DNA of 64,000 bases, taken from Macrostomum lignano. Lineage: Eukaryota. The stretch spans positions 798,728 to 862,727 of the forward strand of contig NIVC01000151.1 of the NCBI GenBank assembly GCA_002269645.1. Reading direction: 5' to 3'. Position numbers and translations under genes: made by a program. Shown here piece by piece: positions 1-12,960 of this stretch. Numbering within the stretch: the first letter of the stretch is position 1; every line of letters starts with the position of its first letter. Under the pieces are notes generated by a model, which was given only the letters and a program-made list of their open reading frames with translations, did no database searches and had not been told where the DNA came from.

Positions 1-1694
1 GTATATCCAATTGGCATATAAAGGAGCTTGGCGTACCCCTTTGGTATATAGCTTGGTATACAAAGATCACAAGATATCAGGTGGGACCAAGTTATGAGTC
101 TCAATCAATATACACTGCAGTTGGCATATAAAAAATAACCAAGTTCAAGTTTTGCAAATTCTATATATTTTTTATAACTTTTATAGAAAGTTTACTAGCT
201 ATATATATAGCTACAAATATAGATATAAGAAAAAATGGTTATAGCAAAACTCTATTTACAAATAAGATCCAAATGGCAAAATCCAAAAACAGAATACTTT
301 ACAATTTAAATTTATATAAAGTAAATATTTTTTCTTGTATATTAATAGTTTAGGATTTAAATTTAACTTGGCTAAAAAACTCCATGCTAAAAAAGTAATA
401 CAATCCACTTAGATAACAACCACTTTGGTCACAAAAATGACCACTTTGATAACAGCCACTTTTGTAACAAAACAGATTTACAATTGTCAACTTTATATCT
501 TTATGGTAATTACCTTTTGCAACAAATAGTTTAATAGTTAAATTTGTAAATATTTTTTTTACAATGTATGCTTTAATTTTCTAATTAAACTGTATTCTAA
601 TTTGTTTAAATTTGCATATTAACTTTGTAAAAAATTTGAAGGCACAGAAAATTAAGCAAAGGCTACATATTAAAATTGAACATTTTAAATAATTATCGAA
701 GGTAAAAAGTAGATTTTATAGTTTTAAGTGATTAACTTAGATAATCCAATGTATATCATTTTTGATCAGTTATACAATGTCTTGGTGCATGTTTCTAACT
801 GAGGTATCGAGAAATGAAAATAGATCAATAAAAGAACTTTTAAACAAATTAAACATATGCAGATATGCAGTTTTCTGCATCAATCCAAATCTCTTGAAGT
901 GTGTGAGAAGTGTGTGAAAAGGAAAATTTTCAAATTTATTGTGGATCTTCACACTGCAAATCATGTAGTATATGCCCAAAAATTTTGGTATGCATTGGCC
1001 TTGCATGCCATAAGTAAGCGTGCATAGTTGGCATGCATTACTCTTAAGAAAAGTGTGTATGCATACCTAGCATATACTTTATAGAATCACATGGAAGAAT
1101 TATTGTTAACAAGAAAAAAAGATAAAAAAATTCATTTTAAAACATAAATTTCAAGCTTTCCAGGTTTTTAGGCTTGTAATAAGGCATTTAAACAAATCTT
1201 TGTATACATTGGGTTTTTACTATAAATAGTATAGCCAAAAAGCAGAAAAATTAATCAAATGATTTGCCAAAATATTATAATATGCAATTAAAAAAGGTCC
1301 TTTATTGTCACAATGTAAAAGGGTCATTTATTATTATAATACTAGCCTAGTTTTGAGAATGGGCGTGCATTCAATTTTTTTTTGGTGTGCATTTGTAACT
1401 ATTTGATTTTTGTTTGGGTGTGCAACCAGCATGATCCAGACTATAGTGGGTAGATTTAAAATATTTTTTGTTATTCTTTTTTAAGTTCATTGGTACATTT
1501 TTCTGGAGCTTATCAATTAATACATATTATTATTCTTATTTGTTATCAGCGTAGCTATTACCAAAATGGCTATTATCAAATAATATAACTATGTTAATTT
1601 TATAGAAGAAATAATTTTATATTTGTAAGAAATAAACATGCAACTTTGGTTCTGTTTGGTAAAATCTACTTCAAATTCTACATTGATATGTTTT

Positions 1695-2760
1695 AATAGG
1701 TCCTAGTCATTTCGTCAACTGGCGTTTCGTCAACTGGCCATTTCGTCAACTCGGTTTTATCACTGGTCGTTTCGTCAACTAGCCAATGAAGCGATCTCAA
1801 ACCTTGGTCACTTCGTCGACTGGCCAACAAGGAGTTTCCCAACATGGTCACTTCGTCAACTGCCAATAAACTACCCCGCCGCAGCCACAAAAAAGTAAAA
1901 CTGAACCCTGAAATGACTAAGTCGACAGGCTAATTAATATTCATACCCTTCTGCAACATCTGCCGGCTTTCGATCGATTCGTCTCTGATATACACTCGTT
2001 AATGTACTAACAAAATATAATGCGCTCATGTGTTTGAAACGTGTGCAGCACGACGGGGCTGACATCGCGTGTTACACATTTGTATATGTTAAATTTTGAA
2101 TGCAGAAGTTAATTAAGAAGTAGTACATGTAGTTGAGGAGTACCCGGACCAAAGATAACACTTGAAGTGGCCGCGGGTCCTCTATTCGCAACACATACAT
2201 TTAGAAAGCATTCCCAATCAAGCCATTACATACATACATGAATGTATGGTCATGTATGACTGCGCAACAGGTTGCTTGGACGGAACAGGTCGGCACGGTG
2301 ATACAAAAGCCACGTTGGTCACTCACATAGGCGATCTTGAAGGTGGCATGCAGCTATACCCATGTCCATGTTACATAGTCGCATGTATGTTCGCATAATG
2401 TACAAATACTCAAGATTCATTAATGCCCAGACGCATTGGGTATGAGTGCGCATGAGTGACGCATTTGCATAGAATATTTTCATTGAAACATTTAACCTAA
2501 TGGACATGCTGCAGTCTGGTATTGCAAAATTATAAAATTTGATTGTTTTAAAAAAATAAGGCAATAAAACAAGTCATCGATATAACAATTATTGTAAGCT
2601 ATACAAGATTATGCAGCTGTATCAGTTACATACGTGTATCATTCATATAATGAAAATTTTGGTCACTTTGTCAACAAAGCAAATGGGAAGGACCTAAGCA
2701 TTGGTCACTTCGTCAACCGAGTTGACAAAACGCCAGTTGACGAAATGACCATCACCCATT
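1695..2760. mobile_element. Non-autonomous DNA transposon / MITE-like element with terminal inverted repeats
   Basis: Left end aataggtcctagtcatttcgtcaactggcgtttcgtcaact matches the reverse complement of the right end (gttgacaaaacgccagttgacgaaatgaccatcacccatt). The gtca(t/c)ttcgtcaac subunit recurs at 1706-1860 and 2660-2750, and TTAA flanks both ends. No transposase ORF. Confidence 0.65.
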
Positions 2761-4059
2761 TTAATCCAGCATTGAATAGGCTTAAAACTCAAGTTGAAAT
2801 TAGGCCTTAGTGTAGGAAATCTTGCATTGAATTCCACATTAAATAGGCTTAAGAACTCAAGTTGAGTTTAGTACAGGAAATCCTACATTGAGTTCTACAT
2901 TGAAATATAAAACATAGGGGGCCTATATCAACATGGAATTTGATGTGGTTTTTATTGTGCAAAACCAAAGTTGCTAGTTACATATGTAGAAATAAAAAAA
3001 ACCAAATGCTAGGCCTACTCTAATATTTTTTCTTCTAGGCCCTACCTTGCATTTGCTTTTTTTAGATTAGACTTAGAAGTTTTTGCTAGACATAAACTAG
3101 ATCCATTAGTTAGAAATAGATATGAATGTAGCATTAGGCTTAGTTCTATCTTCCATGTTTCGTAGGCTCTAATAAATAGCCCAAATAGGTCTACAGAATT
3201 GAGAAAAGCATATAATAGGCCTAGGCCCTATGATTATGAAGTGCTTACCTTTCTTTTTTTCCAGATTGCGTATTTTTTTCTCTATATAAACTTGCATGCT
3301 CCGATAGCCTTCTGGCTCACTTGAAGCTTTACCATTTTCAGTGGACATTTTTTAGTCACAAATCACGCAATATTGCAAATTATGTGCTAAAATCTATACG
3401 ACTATTGCTAGCTAGGCCTAGGCAAAAATTAAAACCCACTATGGGCAATGGCTCACTGAACCCACTGAATTTTAGATATTTAGATTCACAGAAACTTTAA
3501 AATGAGAATTGAACAGTGAACATTGAAAGGAGAGAAAGGGTAGTAAAATTGATTACCGGGCGATCAAACTTAAAACAACGTAATTTGATGTTCGTAATAC
3601 ACGGACTAACATGCGGCCATAATGTCAAGTGTACGATATCACTGCAGTTTGAATGTGTGTGAAAGCTAATAGCTGCTCAATACGAAATGAACAGAAACAA
3701 TTTAAACAAAAAATATTTTGCTTTTAGAAAAAAATTGTTTGTGTTAATAATTAATTAATTAGAGAAATATTTTTGCAATAAAAATAAAATTTAAAAGTTA
3801 CTATATTTTTAAAAAGTAAAACAGCCCTGCAATGATCGACATTAATTGTCAAACACAATTGGACGGCGGCGTATAAGCCGAAAAATTAATGTGGTTATAC
3901 AAAATATAGTCCGGTGACGTAAAATCAGCCCTGACCCACTTTAGTTTTTCTGTTTTTTACTTCCATGTATTACATACAGTGTAGCCTCTGTCTGCATGTT
4001 CTCTAAACTTCTCTCTTTATCCGATCGATCTGTTTGGTCCTCTGACTGCAGCTGACACC

Positions 4060-4810
4060 ATGCCGGGGCACCAAGGGATGATAGTCATCCTTGAGTCGAT
4101 GGGTCACCTTTTTCAATCCTCCATAACTTAATCCAGGATCAGGGTAGGTTCTCAGTTTTTTGGCAGGTGCGGTTGAAGCTGGACGAGTACGACGAAAGCC
4201 GTACGGTGGTACGTAAGATCAACCCCCCCCCCCAGAGGCATATGACACCAAACCTACATATGTACATAATTTCATGCAACTGGCTCTTTGCAAGTTCAAT
4301 CATTTAATTGCTTGGCTTGCTGCTCTGGTTGCTGTTTCGTTTGCTGCTATGTATCTAGGTATAGCTATACATAAGTATACATGTATAGTAGGGATGTTGC
4401 ATCATGGGTTGCCGCGATCTCGCTATATACAGTACTAGCAAAGCCGCTAGCTGAACAACTTTAAGTTCAACTCAAGTCTCACTGCACCTTCTTGAGCTCG
4501 CCCGGGGGTACCTGAGTTCTGAAAAGTGAAACTTCAAGTTTCTAACTGTACAACTATTTGGCCGACCTACAGTACATATACATGTACTTCATCGCTTACG
4601 ACACACCTGTAGACAATAGCAGATTCTCTGTTCCTGGCTTCATTCTCAAACCTAAGCTTATATGGATTCATGAATATTATAGCAAATACAATACACTTAT
4701 TAAACTTAGATCGACCGCAGACCTCCACAACGTCATCTTCTTCTACGTTCTACCAGCTGAAGCTCGTCAACTGGACCGTCTTCATGAAGCACTTTGACTC
4801 TCAAAAATGA
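4060..4810 (+). CDS. Candidate small two-exon gene with weak resemblance to mitochondrial ribosomal protein bL33m; needs one frameshift near 4105
   Basis: Acceptor ctgactgcag just before ATG 4060 (MPGHQGMIVILESMGHL). A shifted frame continues FSILHNLIQDQGRFSVFWQVRLKLDEYDESRTVV to donor c|gtaag at 4212. Acceptor cttag|4710 then reads to ...FYQLKLVNWTVFMKHFDSQK* at 4810, with C/G-ending codons amid AT-rich flanks. Confidence 0.3.
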
Positions 4811-5448
4811 TGGAAAACTGATTTGCAGATTAATTTGCTCACTGACCTGGATTGGATTCTTGGTGAGGCACAATTCTTGTCTAATTCCTACAACCAATAA
4901 AATGCAGCTGCTATGATGCAGGGGGGGGGTTCCTGCGTTTTCAGGCTTCATGCATGGCCATAGACTTGGTGCTGACAAAAGCTCGCTTGCATTGTACCTA
5001 TCGATACAATTTTTGGACTCACCTTACAGTAATTTTCCTGTTGCCTTTCTCTCCTCTCTGTCGCTCTGCTTCTTCAGAATCAGAAAATTTATTGAATGCT
5101 TTGATGACATGAAATTTTTGGGTCTTGCTGATTCAGCTGCTCTACCTGTCCGCATTCAGGCCCCGGCCTAGCGGCGCAGAGGCTGCAGCCACCACACCAA
5201 GGCATCGAGGGTCAGTTAATGAATTCTTTTCAGCCACGGCCACCAGGGCGCAAAACTTCCAGGCTCGCAGTTGGCCGCAGGCATCGATTATGCTCGGTGC
5301 AAACGTAATAGACAAGAAGAACTTGCGATGACCTCTTCGCCAGTTAAAATAACCAGCAAAGTTTTTCATGATATCCCCTCTGCTAGTTTGGAAACTTGTA
5401 TTTTCCTTGCTCGTTCAATTTGCGCTCCATGTCAAAAACACTCGGTCC

Positions 5449-6278
5449 TATAGAGTGCCGCTACTCCCTGCCAGTCCTACCACAGAAAGTGCCGCTACTC
5501 CCTGCCAGTCCTACCATAGAGTGCCGCTACTCCCTGCCAGTCCTACCACAGAGAGTGCCGCTACTCCCTGCCAGTCCTACCATAGAGTGCCGCTACTCCC
5601 TGCCAGTCCTACCATAGAGTGCCGCTACTCCCTGCCAGTCCTACCACAGAGTGCCGCTACTCCCTGCCAGTCCTACCACAGAGAGTGCCGCTACTCCCTG
5701 CCAGTCCTACCACAGAGAGTGCCGCTACTCCCTGCCAGTGCTACCACAGAGTGCCGCTACTCCCTGCCAGTGCTACCACAGAGTGCCGCTACTCCCTGCC
5801 AGTCCTACCACAGAGTGCCGCTACTCCCTGCCAGTCCTACCACAGAAAGTGCCGCTACTCCCTGCCAGTCCTACCATAGAGTGCCGCTACTCCCTGCCAG
5901 TCCTACCACAGAGAGTGCCGCTACTCCCTGCCAGTCCTACCATAGAGTGCCGCTACTCCCTGCCAGTCCTACCATAGAGTGCCGCTACTCCCTGCCAGTC
6001 CTACCATAGAGTGCCGCTACTCCCTGCCAGTGCTACCACAGAGTGCCGCTACTCCCTGCCAGTGCTACCACAGAGTGCCGCTACTCCCTGCCAGTGCTAC
6101 CACAGAGTGCCGCTACTCCCTGCCAGTGCTACCACAGAGTGCCGCTACTCCCTGCCAGTCCTATCACAGAGTGTCGCTACTCCCTGCCAGTCCTACCACA
6201 GAGAGTGCCGCTACTCCCTGCCAGTCCTACCACAGAGTGCCGCTACTCCCTTCCAGTCCTACCACAGAGAGTGCCGCT
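5449..6278. repeat. Minisatellite, ~30-34 bp unit agagtgccgctactccctgccagtcctaccac(ag)
   Basis: Direct reading; about 25 near-identical units. It explains the overlapping repetitive ORFs at 5368-6333. Confidence 0.97.
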
Positions 6279-7075
6279 AATTAAGTTTTGGAAACCATGC
6301 AGTCTCTGCACAGGTCACCAATTTTTACGATAATTTGTTTCGTAGTAAATAAAAAGGATTAAGTTGAGGTATGGTAATAAAAGACCGGGTCACTGTGCTG
6401 TGAATATATTTCAACATCAAATACTGAGCCAGCTAAAAAAAGTTTTTATAAATGGTTTTTCATAATCTTTTACTAGCATTACAGGTGGGTCTCGCCATGC
6501 AGATACTCTAACTGGAGGGTTGGGCAATTATTAAATAAATATAGAGATTTGAACATGCGGTTCAGCTATAATTTGAACTGCGTGACCTTGGCGCCTCCCT
6601 GAACAGCCCTGGGACGGCAGCAGTGCGAGCCTTGCTCTCTCACTGTCTAAAAAAAGTAATGACGACAGCCCCCATCAGCTCTGGCCTTTGGATAGCCAGT
6701 GCAGACTGGCAGCCGCCCTTCCAGCCCAGTTGTTGCTAGGGAGTAGGGGGGGTGTCTGCAGACACGCGTTTATCGCTGAGCTGCTCTGCTTCCCCGTTTT
6801 GTGCATTTTCCAAATGCGAGCGGATTAATTTAACATAGAGTGAGAAGATGCGGAGTCATTAAGCTTAAAGTTAACTTAATAAATTCGATCATTCAAAATC
6901 TAATTAGAATTTACAGTCAGGCTTTATCGCATGTCTGCAGCTCATTGGTTCTGATGTGAGCAGTTTCCATGCCAATAAAACTATTGGTGGGTTGAAAAGT
7001 GTGTTGAAAACAAGGATGTAACTGCACTGCCCAGTCCATCTCCGTCACTTATAGTGGCTGCCGTGCAGTGCGACA

Positions 7076-7290
7076 TCACCAGAATCTGACTACCGGCAGC
7101 TCTAATCTCACACCAGAATCTGACTACCGGCAGCTCTAATCTCACACCAGAATCTGACTACCGACAGCTCTAATCTCACACCAGAATCTGACTACCAGCA
7201 GCTCCAATCTCACACCAGAATCTGACTACCAGCAGCTCCAATCTCAAACCAGAATCTGACTACCAGTAGCTCTAATCTCACACCAGCAGC
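7076..7290. repeat. Minisatellite, 33-bp unit caccagaatctgactaccggcagctctaatctca, ending at the DEG/ENaC start codon
   Basis: Six to seven units read directly. Confidence 0.95.
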
Positions 7291-7292
7291 AG

Positions 7293-10200
7293 ATGGCATC
7301 CAGTAAGCAGCAGAAGCAGTCGCAGTCGGAGCTGAGTGACTCCCTCTTGCAGCAGCTCCGCGAGAAGGCCCTCATCACCTTCGCCCAGCAGACCACCGCG
7401 CACGGCCTGGTGCGCCGGGTTCCGGTCTGCGCCGCCTCATCTGGGCCCTGGCCATTGTGGGCGCCTGCATCGGTTTCTCCGTGCACCTTGCAGAGCTCGC
7501 TCAGCGGTACCTAAACTACCCGGTGAGCACCGAGTTCTCCAATGAGGGCGCCGACTTCAAGTTTCCGACCGTGACCATCTGCCCGACCAACATGTTCGCT
7601 TACGCGTGCCAGAGGGTGGAGAGCAACTACTCGATTCCGGGTGAGCTTGCCCTTGTATATTCCAGCTTGTACCTTGGTGTCACCAGCTTCACTGGAACGT
7701 TTTAAATGACTGCACCAACTCATACACGCGTCACACAACGCTGTCTCTGAGCAGCTTTGCCAAGCACTCCCATCTGCTCCTGCTTTTAGGTTGGAAGAAG
7801 TGTTTGTGGTGGATGATGTACGATGCTCCCTATGTTTATTATCTTCTTAACCAAAAAGATTGGAACGTCTCGATGCCACCACATCCATACAAATACTACC
7901 CGGACGGAAAAATGTCAATACGGTTTTTGGCGTATCGAGGATTCAACTTCGCCCGGGCCTACGAGGCTGTGATTTACTGCCGGTACAAGTTCGACGATTG
8001 CACCTATGAAAAGTTCACCGTGTACAAAGATGAAGACAGGTGAGTCTACGTTCCGGGGCAGAGATGTCTAGGTTTAAATCCTAAGAGACACTGGGACGTC
8101 TCATTAAGTCTGCAACGGGGTCTGCTTCTTCATCAAAGGAGCCGTGCGGTGTGTATTTGCCACTGCCTACTTCAGTATCTGTCTACTGTATTGAAATTGA
8201 ATATGAAGTCTCTTCAATTTATCGATCGAGTAAAATACCAACTCGTGGTTTTCTCTTTCTTAAATCACCACAAAAGGGAAGTCCTCCTGAGCCGACTCTT
8301 GAGAAAGTAGATTCAACTGTGAAGCTTTTATTTACAGCAAAAGGTTTAAGTGTTGACAAGTCAGAACCGGAATCACTTTCCAGCATGTGGTGCTACTCCT
8401 TCAGTCCTGTAAACCGAAGCATCATCAATGTGGGTAAGGGCAGCGGACTCTACCTGGTGCTCCACCTGAGAGCAGATGCTTTTCTAACTGACGAGGAGCA
8501 GATTGACTACGTGCCCGGCTTCCGAGTGGCCCTGCACGAGAAGGGTACGAAGTGACCTTTGCAGCTCTCTCGTTGAATCGAAATTTCCTAACTAGTCGGG
8601 TCATACTAAATATCATATTTGACATAGTTCATATTTGCTTAATATGAAACTTCTCATTCAAAATGTCGCTGAATCAAAAACAGGATATCGGCCGAACATG
8701 AAGCTGGGATTCAACGCACCCTACGGCCAAAAGACGTCCGTCCAGGTGACAGCCGAGACCGTCACCAAAGTCAGCCGCAAAGACTCGCCGTGCAGCGATG
8801 AGCTGCCGAACGTCACCTACACGATGGACTTCTCCCGGCCTGGAAACTGGGAGAACCAGAGCTTCTTTGGCACCACCGAGGACTGCGTAACGCGGCTTAA
8901 GCAGGAGGAGTTCAAAGAGACGTGCGGCTGCCTCAGCGCAAAGCTGGCGCTGCCCAGCAAACTCATGGATGGAACAAAAATGTGTCACGGCCTGCCGGAA
9001 GAGGTGAGTTTACCTGCAAAATATGTCTGACAACATCCTTTCTTCAGCGATTAACCATTTGGAAGCCAAACAAAAACAAAAATGCAACCAGTTCAAAACA
9101 AAACAAGGACATGAAAAGAAAAGTGTGGCAGGTTTCTGACTCAATCTCCGTCGAGTCACTGGTTGATAATGCGTCTTCCGAATCGGAATCGAGTCTCAGT
9201 CTGTGCAAGACGTCACTTTTAGCTGTCTTTTCCTGGCCATTTGTGGGTAGGAAGGTTTAAACAGGAACTAGCAGAAAAACTCTGTGCTATACTTTACTTC
9301 TGGACTTTTAGAGGGTGCATCTGATTCAGCAAAAAAAGACAAATTTGTCTATGACCTGCACTGCAGGCCTTTGGGCTTTTAAGCGTACGAGTATCTTTCA
9401 AAACCAAGCTCGGGTTGATGGCGTTTCAATATGAAGCTTAACTATTCGGTTAAATTCTGCGCTAAAACTGCGGTCTGCTGATAGCCATGCAACTCCAGAA
9501 CTGGTCCGTATGACCGATTTTCACGGAGAACAACTGCCCCAGTTCTCGTAAGAATCTTTAATGCGACATTTTGTGCCTCAAGACGAGTTCTTGCCATAGG
9601 ATTACTATAGGACTACTAAATGATGATTGCCATGCATACATTTCGTTGTACGGAAAAATATTAGAAAGGGCTACTGCTACTGCTAAACTACCGCTTAGCG
9701 CTAAAGCCATTTCAAAAATATAATAAAATATAGTATTATTCCAAAACATTCAGGAAGAGGGATTTTCTTCAGTTTAGAGACTAAAGTCCCAACCTCCGCC
9801 TCAGTTTTTAATGAAGGACCTCGGATGGCGATGGAAAAGTGTCGGTGTGTCTGAATACGTGATTGCGCTCAACGAGTCGTGGATCTATACATACGCCACT
9901 GACCGAGTACGTTCTCAACAACTGGCACTTTTTCAACGGCACTAAACAGCTGTTCGATTGCTATCACCGCGTGCACCACCGTCAGAAGGTCGACGGAGTT
10001 CGAGCTGATCAGTGCCCGCTCCGCTGCAGCAACACCCGCTACAAGGCCGTCACCACCCTCACCTCCTGGCCAAAGGACTTGGCATTGGCGATGGACATTC
10101 TAAGGAGCAGCGCAAAGGCCATCTTGGCTCGGATCAACGGCACTGGCCTGGGGCTCCGTCGACTGGAGACTTTGCGAGACCACCCCTATGCATCGCTGAA

Positions 10201-10915
10201 CCAGAAAGCCAACCTGACCGCTAATAATCTCGCTTCTACCGGAGACTTCATCAGCGTGCTGGACGTGTATCCAGTGTCCACCAAGGCGAGCGTCTTCACC
10301 GAGTCGTTCGCCTACCCACTGCGGAATCTTTTCTCTGACCTGGGAGGCATTCTTGGTGAGAATTTGCTTACAGCAACTTTCTGCCAATTAGAGTTCTCTG
10401 ACTTCTAGACCTGACCACTCAGCCAGGACAAGAGCATGTAATGCATAGGACCGGTTGTTGACGATACTTTTTCTCAGTGCGACATGATATCGCTTCTTTG
10501 TAATATAAATGGCTAGCCAGTTGTATTAAATTCTAGTCATTGAAATCGCATCCAGATGGCGAAACTGATGCATTTCCAAATCGGTGCAGGTCTGTGGGTC
10601 GGAGTGTCGATCATCACCCTGCTTGAGTTGCTTGAGCTCGTCATCCAGCTCGTCCAGCTTGCTGCGCTGAGGCTGAAGACCGTCTCAGAAATGCCAAATC
10701 AGAAAGTGCATTCCTGGCAAGAAGACAAGCATGAGGGCCCCGCATCCGACATTCGACATTCGACAATTGTGCCGAAGTTGCCTGTCGACCAGACGGCGGA
10801 TCTGCAGCTGCACGTCGCTCTGCCGCCAAAGCCTCCACCGGGCTCGACTGAGCAGCCCTGTCCAGACTTTGTAGTGCGACAGCCGTCCTGGTTTGAGAGG
10901 ATTTTCTCTTTTTAA
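7293..10915 (+). CDS. DEG/ENaC (ASIC/FaNaC superfamily) sodium channel subunit; six exons, two apparent frameshifts
   Basis: Exons 7293-7640, 7790-8039, 8384-8544, 8684-9003, 9805-10355 and 10590-10915, all GT-AG. Motifs: N-terminal TTAHG, TM1 RRLIWALAIVGAC, FPTVTICPTN, CYSF, Cys-rich thumb (CGC, CPLRC), TM2 SDLGGILGLWVGVSIITLLE. Frame changes are needed near 7415 and 9900; the start of exon 5 is the least certain part. Confidence 0.9.
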
Positions 10916-11014
10916 TGTCTGCGGGTGTCCGAGAGCTACTCGTGTGTTATTTTGAATGTACAGGTACTTAACTATGGAAAAATTCTTTGTAAATAAACAA
11001 GCTTCGCTGGCGTT

Positions 11015-11600
11015 CTCTCTGCATGAGTCAAGTTGAACAATGTCTCGGCTGCTCAGGCATCCGCGCGGCCCATTCTACTGGTAACCATTTTGCCTTTTTT
11101 AAGCCTGGAAAGCAATGCTCGCTCGTGTGAGCGATGTTTTATTTTATCCTATCTGAATAGATGTACCATTTTTCTCTTCTTTCCCTATGCTTCTACTGTA
11201 TTTTTCTCACAGTGATCACACTGAGAACCCAGTATGTCTATGGCCATAGACTAAACCCCAATGCACGGACTGATGCTGCGAGCTTTAAATAATCCTTTTT
11301 GTCCCCAATGCTGCTCGAGACTGGTGTGAACTTTTATTCTTTAAACTTTATAATGAGTTGCGAATGGAAAATCTATCCAGTGCTTACGTGACATGCAAGA
11401 GGGGGTTTAAATAGCGTAGCTTTTTAATAAGTTTTTATTTTAATTTAAAAGGTCAATAGATGCAATCTCTCTGCATGCTGAGAAACTCGGCGCGTCCGTT
11501 CGAACCATTCTGCTGCATGGTAATTTTTTTGCTTTTTCTAAGCCTTGAAAGCAATGCTTTCTCGTGTAAGCCACGTTTTATCTTATCTCATTACCCTGCT
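11015..11600. repeat. Diverged direct duplication of ~150 bp (about 11015-11155 and 11465-11590)
   Basis: Both copies share tctctctgcatg, ccattct, aagcc(t/c)(g/t)gaaagcaatgct and ctcgtgt...gtttta. Confidence 0.7.
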
Positions 11601-12483
11601 ATTGTTTCCTTTTGATGCACAGAAGTCCGCATCCGGCAAGTTTTCACTGTAATGACTGTCGCCTAAATATAAATAGTGTGTGCTTTCTAATAGATGTGAG
11701 GCCAAACAAGCTGCCATTGTGAACCAATAAAACCGGTAAACTAAATAGATTCTAACAAGCGAAGAACTTTATCTTTAATCTAAAATAGAAATTCTTCCCC
11801 AAACACAGTTTTGCAAACTTTCTTATCTGTCATTTTTTCTAAACATTTTTATTCGTACTTTTACACAGAAAATGCCAATAACTCAGTCGATTTTACAGTA
11901 CTATTGCTTATTTTCTTTTCGCTCTGCGAGCTGATACGTTAAAAGATTGCTTCGATTGGATTCTCCTCACTTGAATTCCAATCGTATTCTCAGTCAAGTA
12001 ATTTCAGAGTCCATCCATGCACCGCCACTGAGCGGATGCGCTGGTGAGGCAAGCCAGCAGCTGAGAGCGCGCGACTGCACCAGCATGAAAGTGCATACGC
12101 GGGGGGGGGTCGGGGCTGGCAGAATGCTGGCTAATTGGTGCTCTGCGCTGAAAGCCTCACAACTTAGCGGCTCTTCTGAGTCGCCTCCACGTTTAAATGT
12201 AAGCGCGATGCAACCTCGCGTTGCGTTGCTGCTCGATGACCTCTTTGTGATTTGTGGTGAGCATCGATAACTCAGCTGTGGCACTTGCTTTGATGTACCG
12301 CATCCTGGCTCATGAGGAGTTAAAAAAGATCTACTCAAAGTGATTAATAACTGTGCGGCTTGGTTTAACCATGAAATGCATTTAATTATCCTGCCTGAGG
12401 GATGGATTGGGGGTGCGGGTGGAATTTGACTCAGCCCAAACTATAGCACTGGCTATTGCGTACAACGGTACATGTAGCACAAA

Positions 12484-12960
12484 ATGGCATCAATCTGCGC
12501 AACTCCAGTCCACGCACCCTCCCGCGCCCACAGCCCTAGCTTGACTTACTGGACTCAGCTGCATGGGGTTCCGGTGCATCCGGATACAGCGGAGAAGCGT
12601 CGCCGCCCATTTCGCCAGCCCCTGGCGTCCACGGGCAGCTGTTGCTATGTGGTGTATCGCAGGGAGATCCTGCTGCCAGTGTCCGGTCTTCCAGACAGAG
12701 AACAGCCGCGCGGGATTGCCGACAGTCAGTGACGTTAGCCCACCTCTCCTTGTGCTTTCAAGCCACCCACTGCATGGTTGATCCGAGTGGTGACAACGGC
12801 GGTGGGGGTGGGGTCCACGGGCAGGGGACCAGTGAAAGAACCGGTCGAGCCAGCCTTGGCCATGCGATTGGCCAACTCGTTGCCGGGGTGGCCCGAGTGC
12901 CCGGAGATCCACCTTTGGGACATCAATTGTTAGAGGGCGCCTAAGCGGAACCCCACACTA
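12484..12960 (-). mobile_element. Degenerate RNase H fragment of a retrotransposon
   Basis: Minus strand reads WISGHSGHPGNELANRMAKAG, matching the C-terminal RNase HI motif W-x-x-GH-x-G-x-x-GNE-x-AD-x-x-AK. There is an in-frame stop just upstream, and the last Asp is Asn. No RT ORF adjacent. Confidence 0.7.

Noticed and set aside
1-1100. Degenerate ggcatat/gtatgc and ccactt..gataac motif clusters, similar to 26660-26790
   Set aside because: Probably old DNA-transposon subterminal repeats, but the ends cannot be defined.
9496-9549. Possible extra DEG/ENaC mini-exon (ccag|aactgg...ttctc|gtaag)
   Set aside because: It has an in-frame stop in the required phase and does not match the phase of the next exon. 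Unresolved without RNA data.
11236-11251. Perfect 16-bp palindrome gtctatggccatagac
   Set aside because: Too short to interpret. It may be a transposon-end remnant (ggccatagac also occurs in the 59.2-kb TIRs), but there is no supporting structure.
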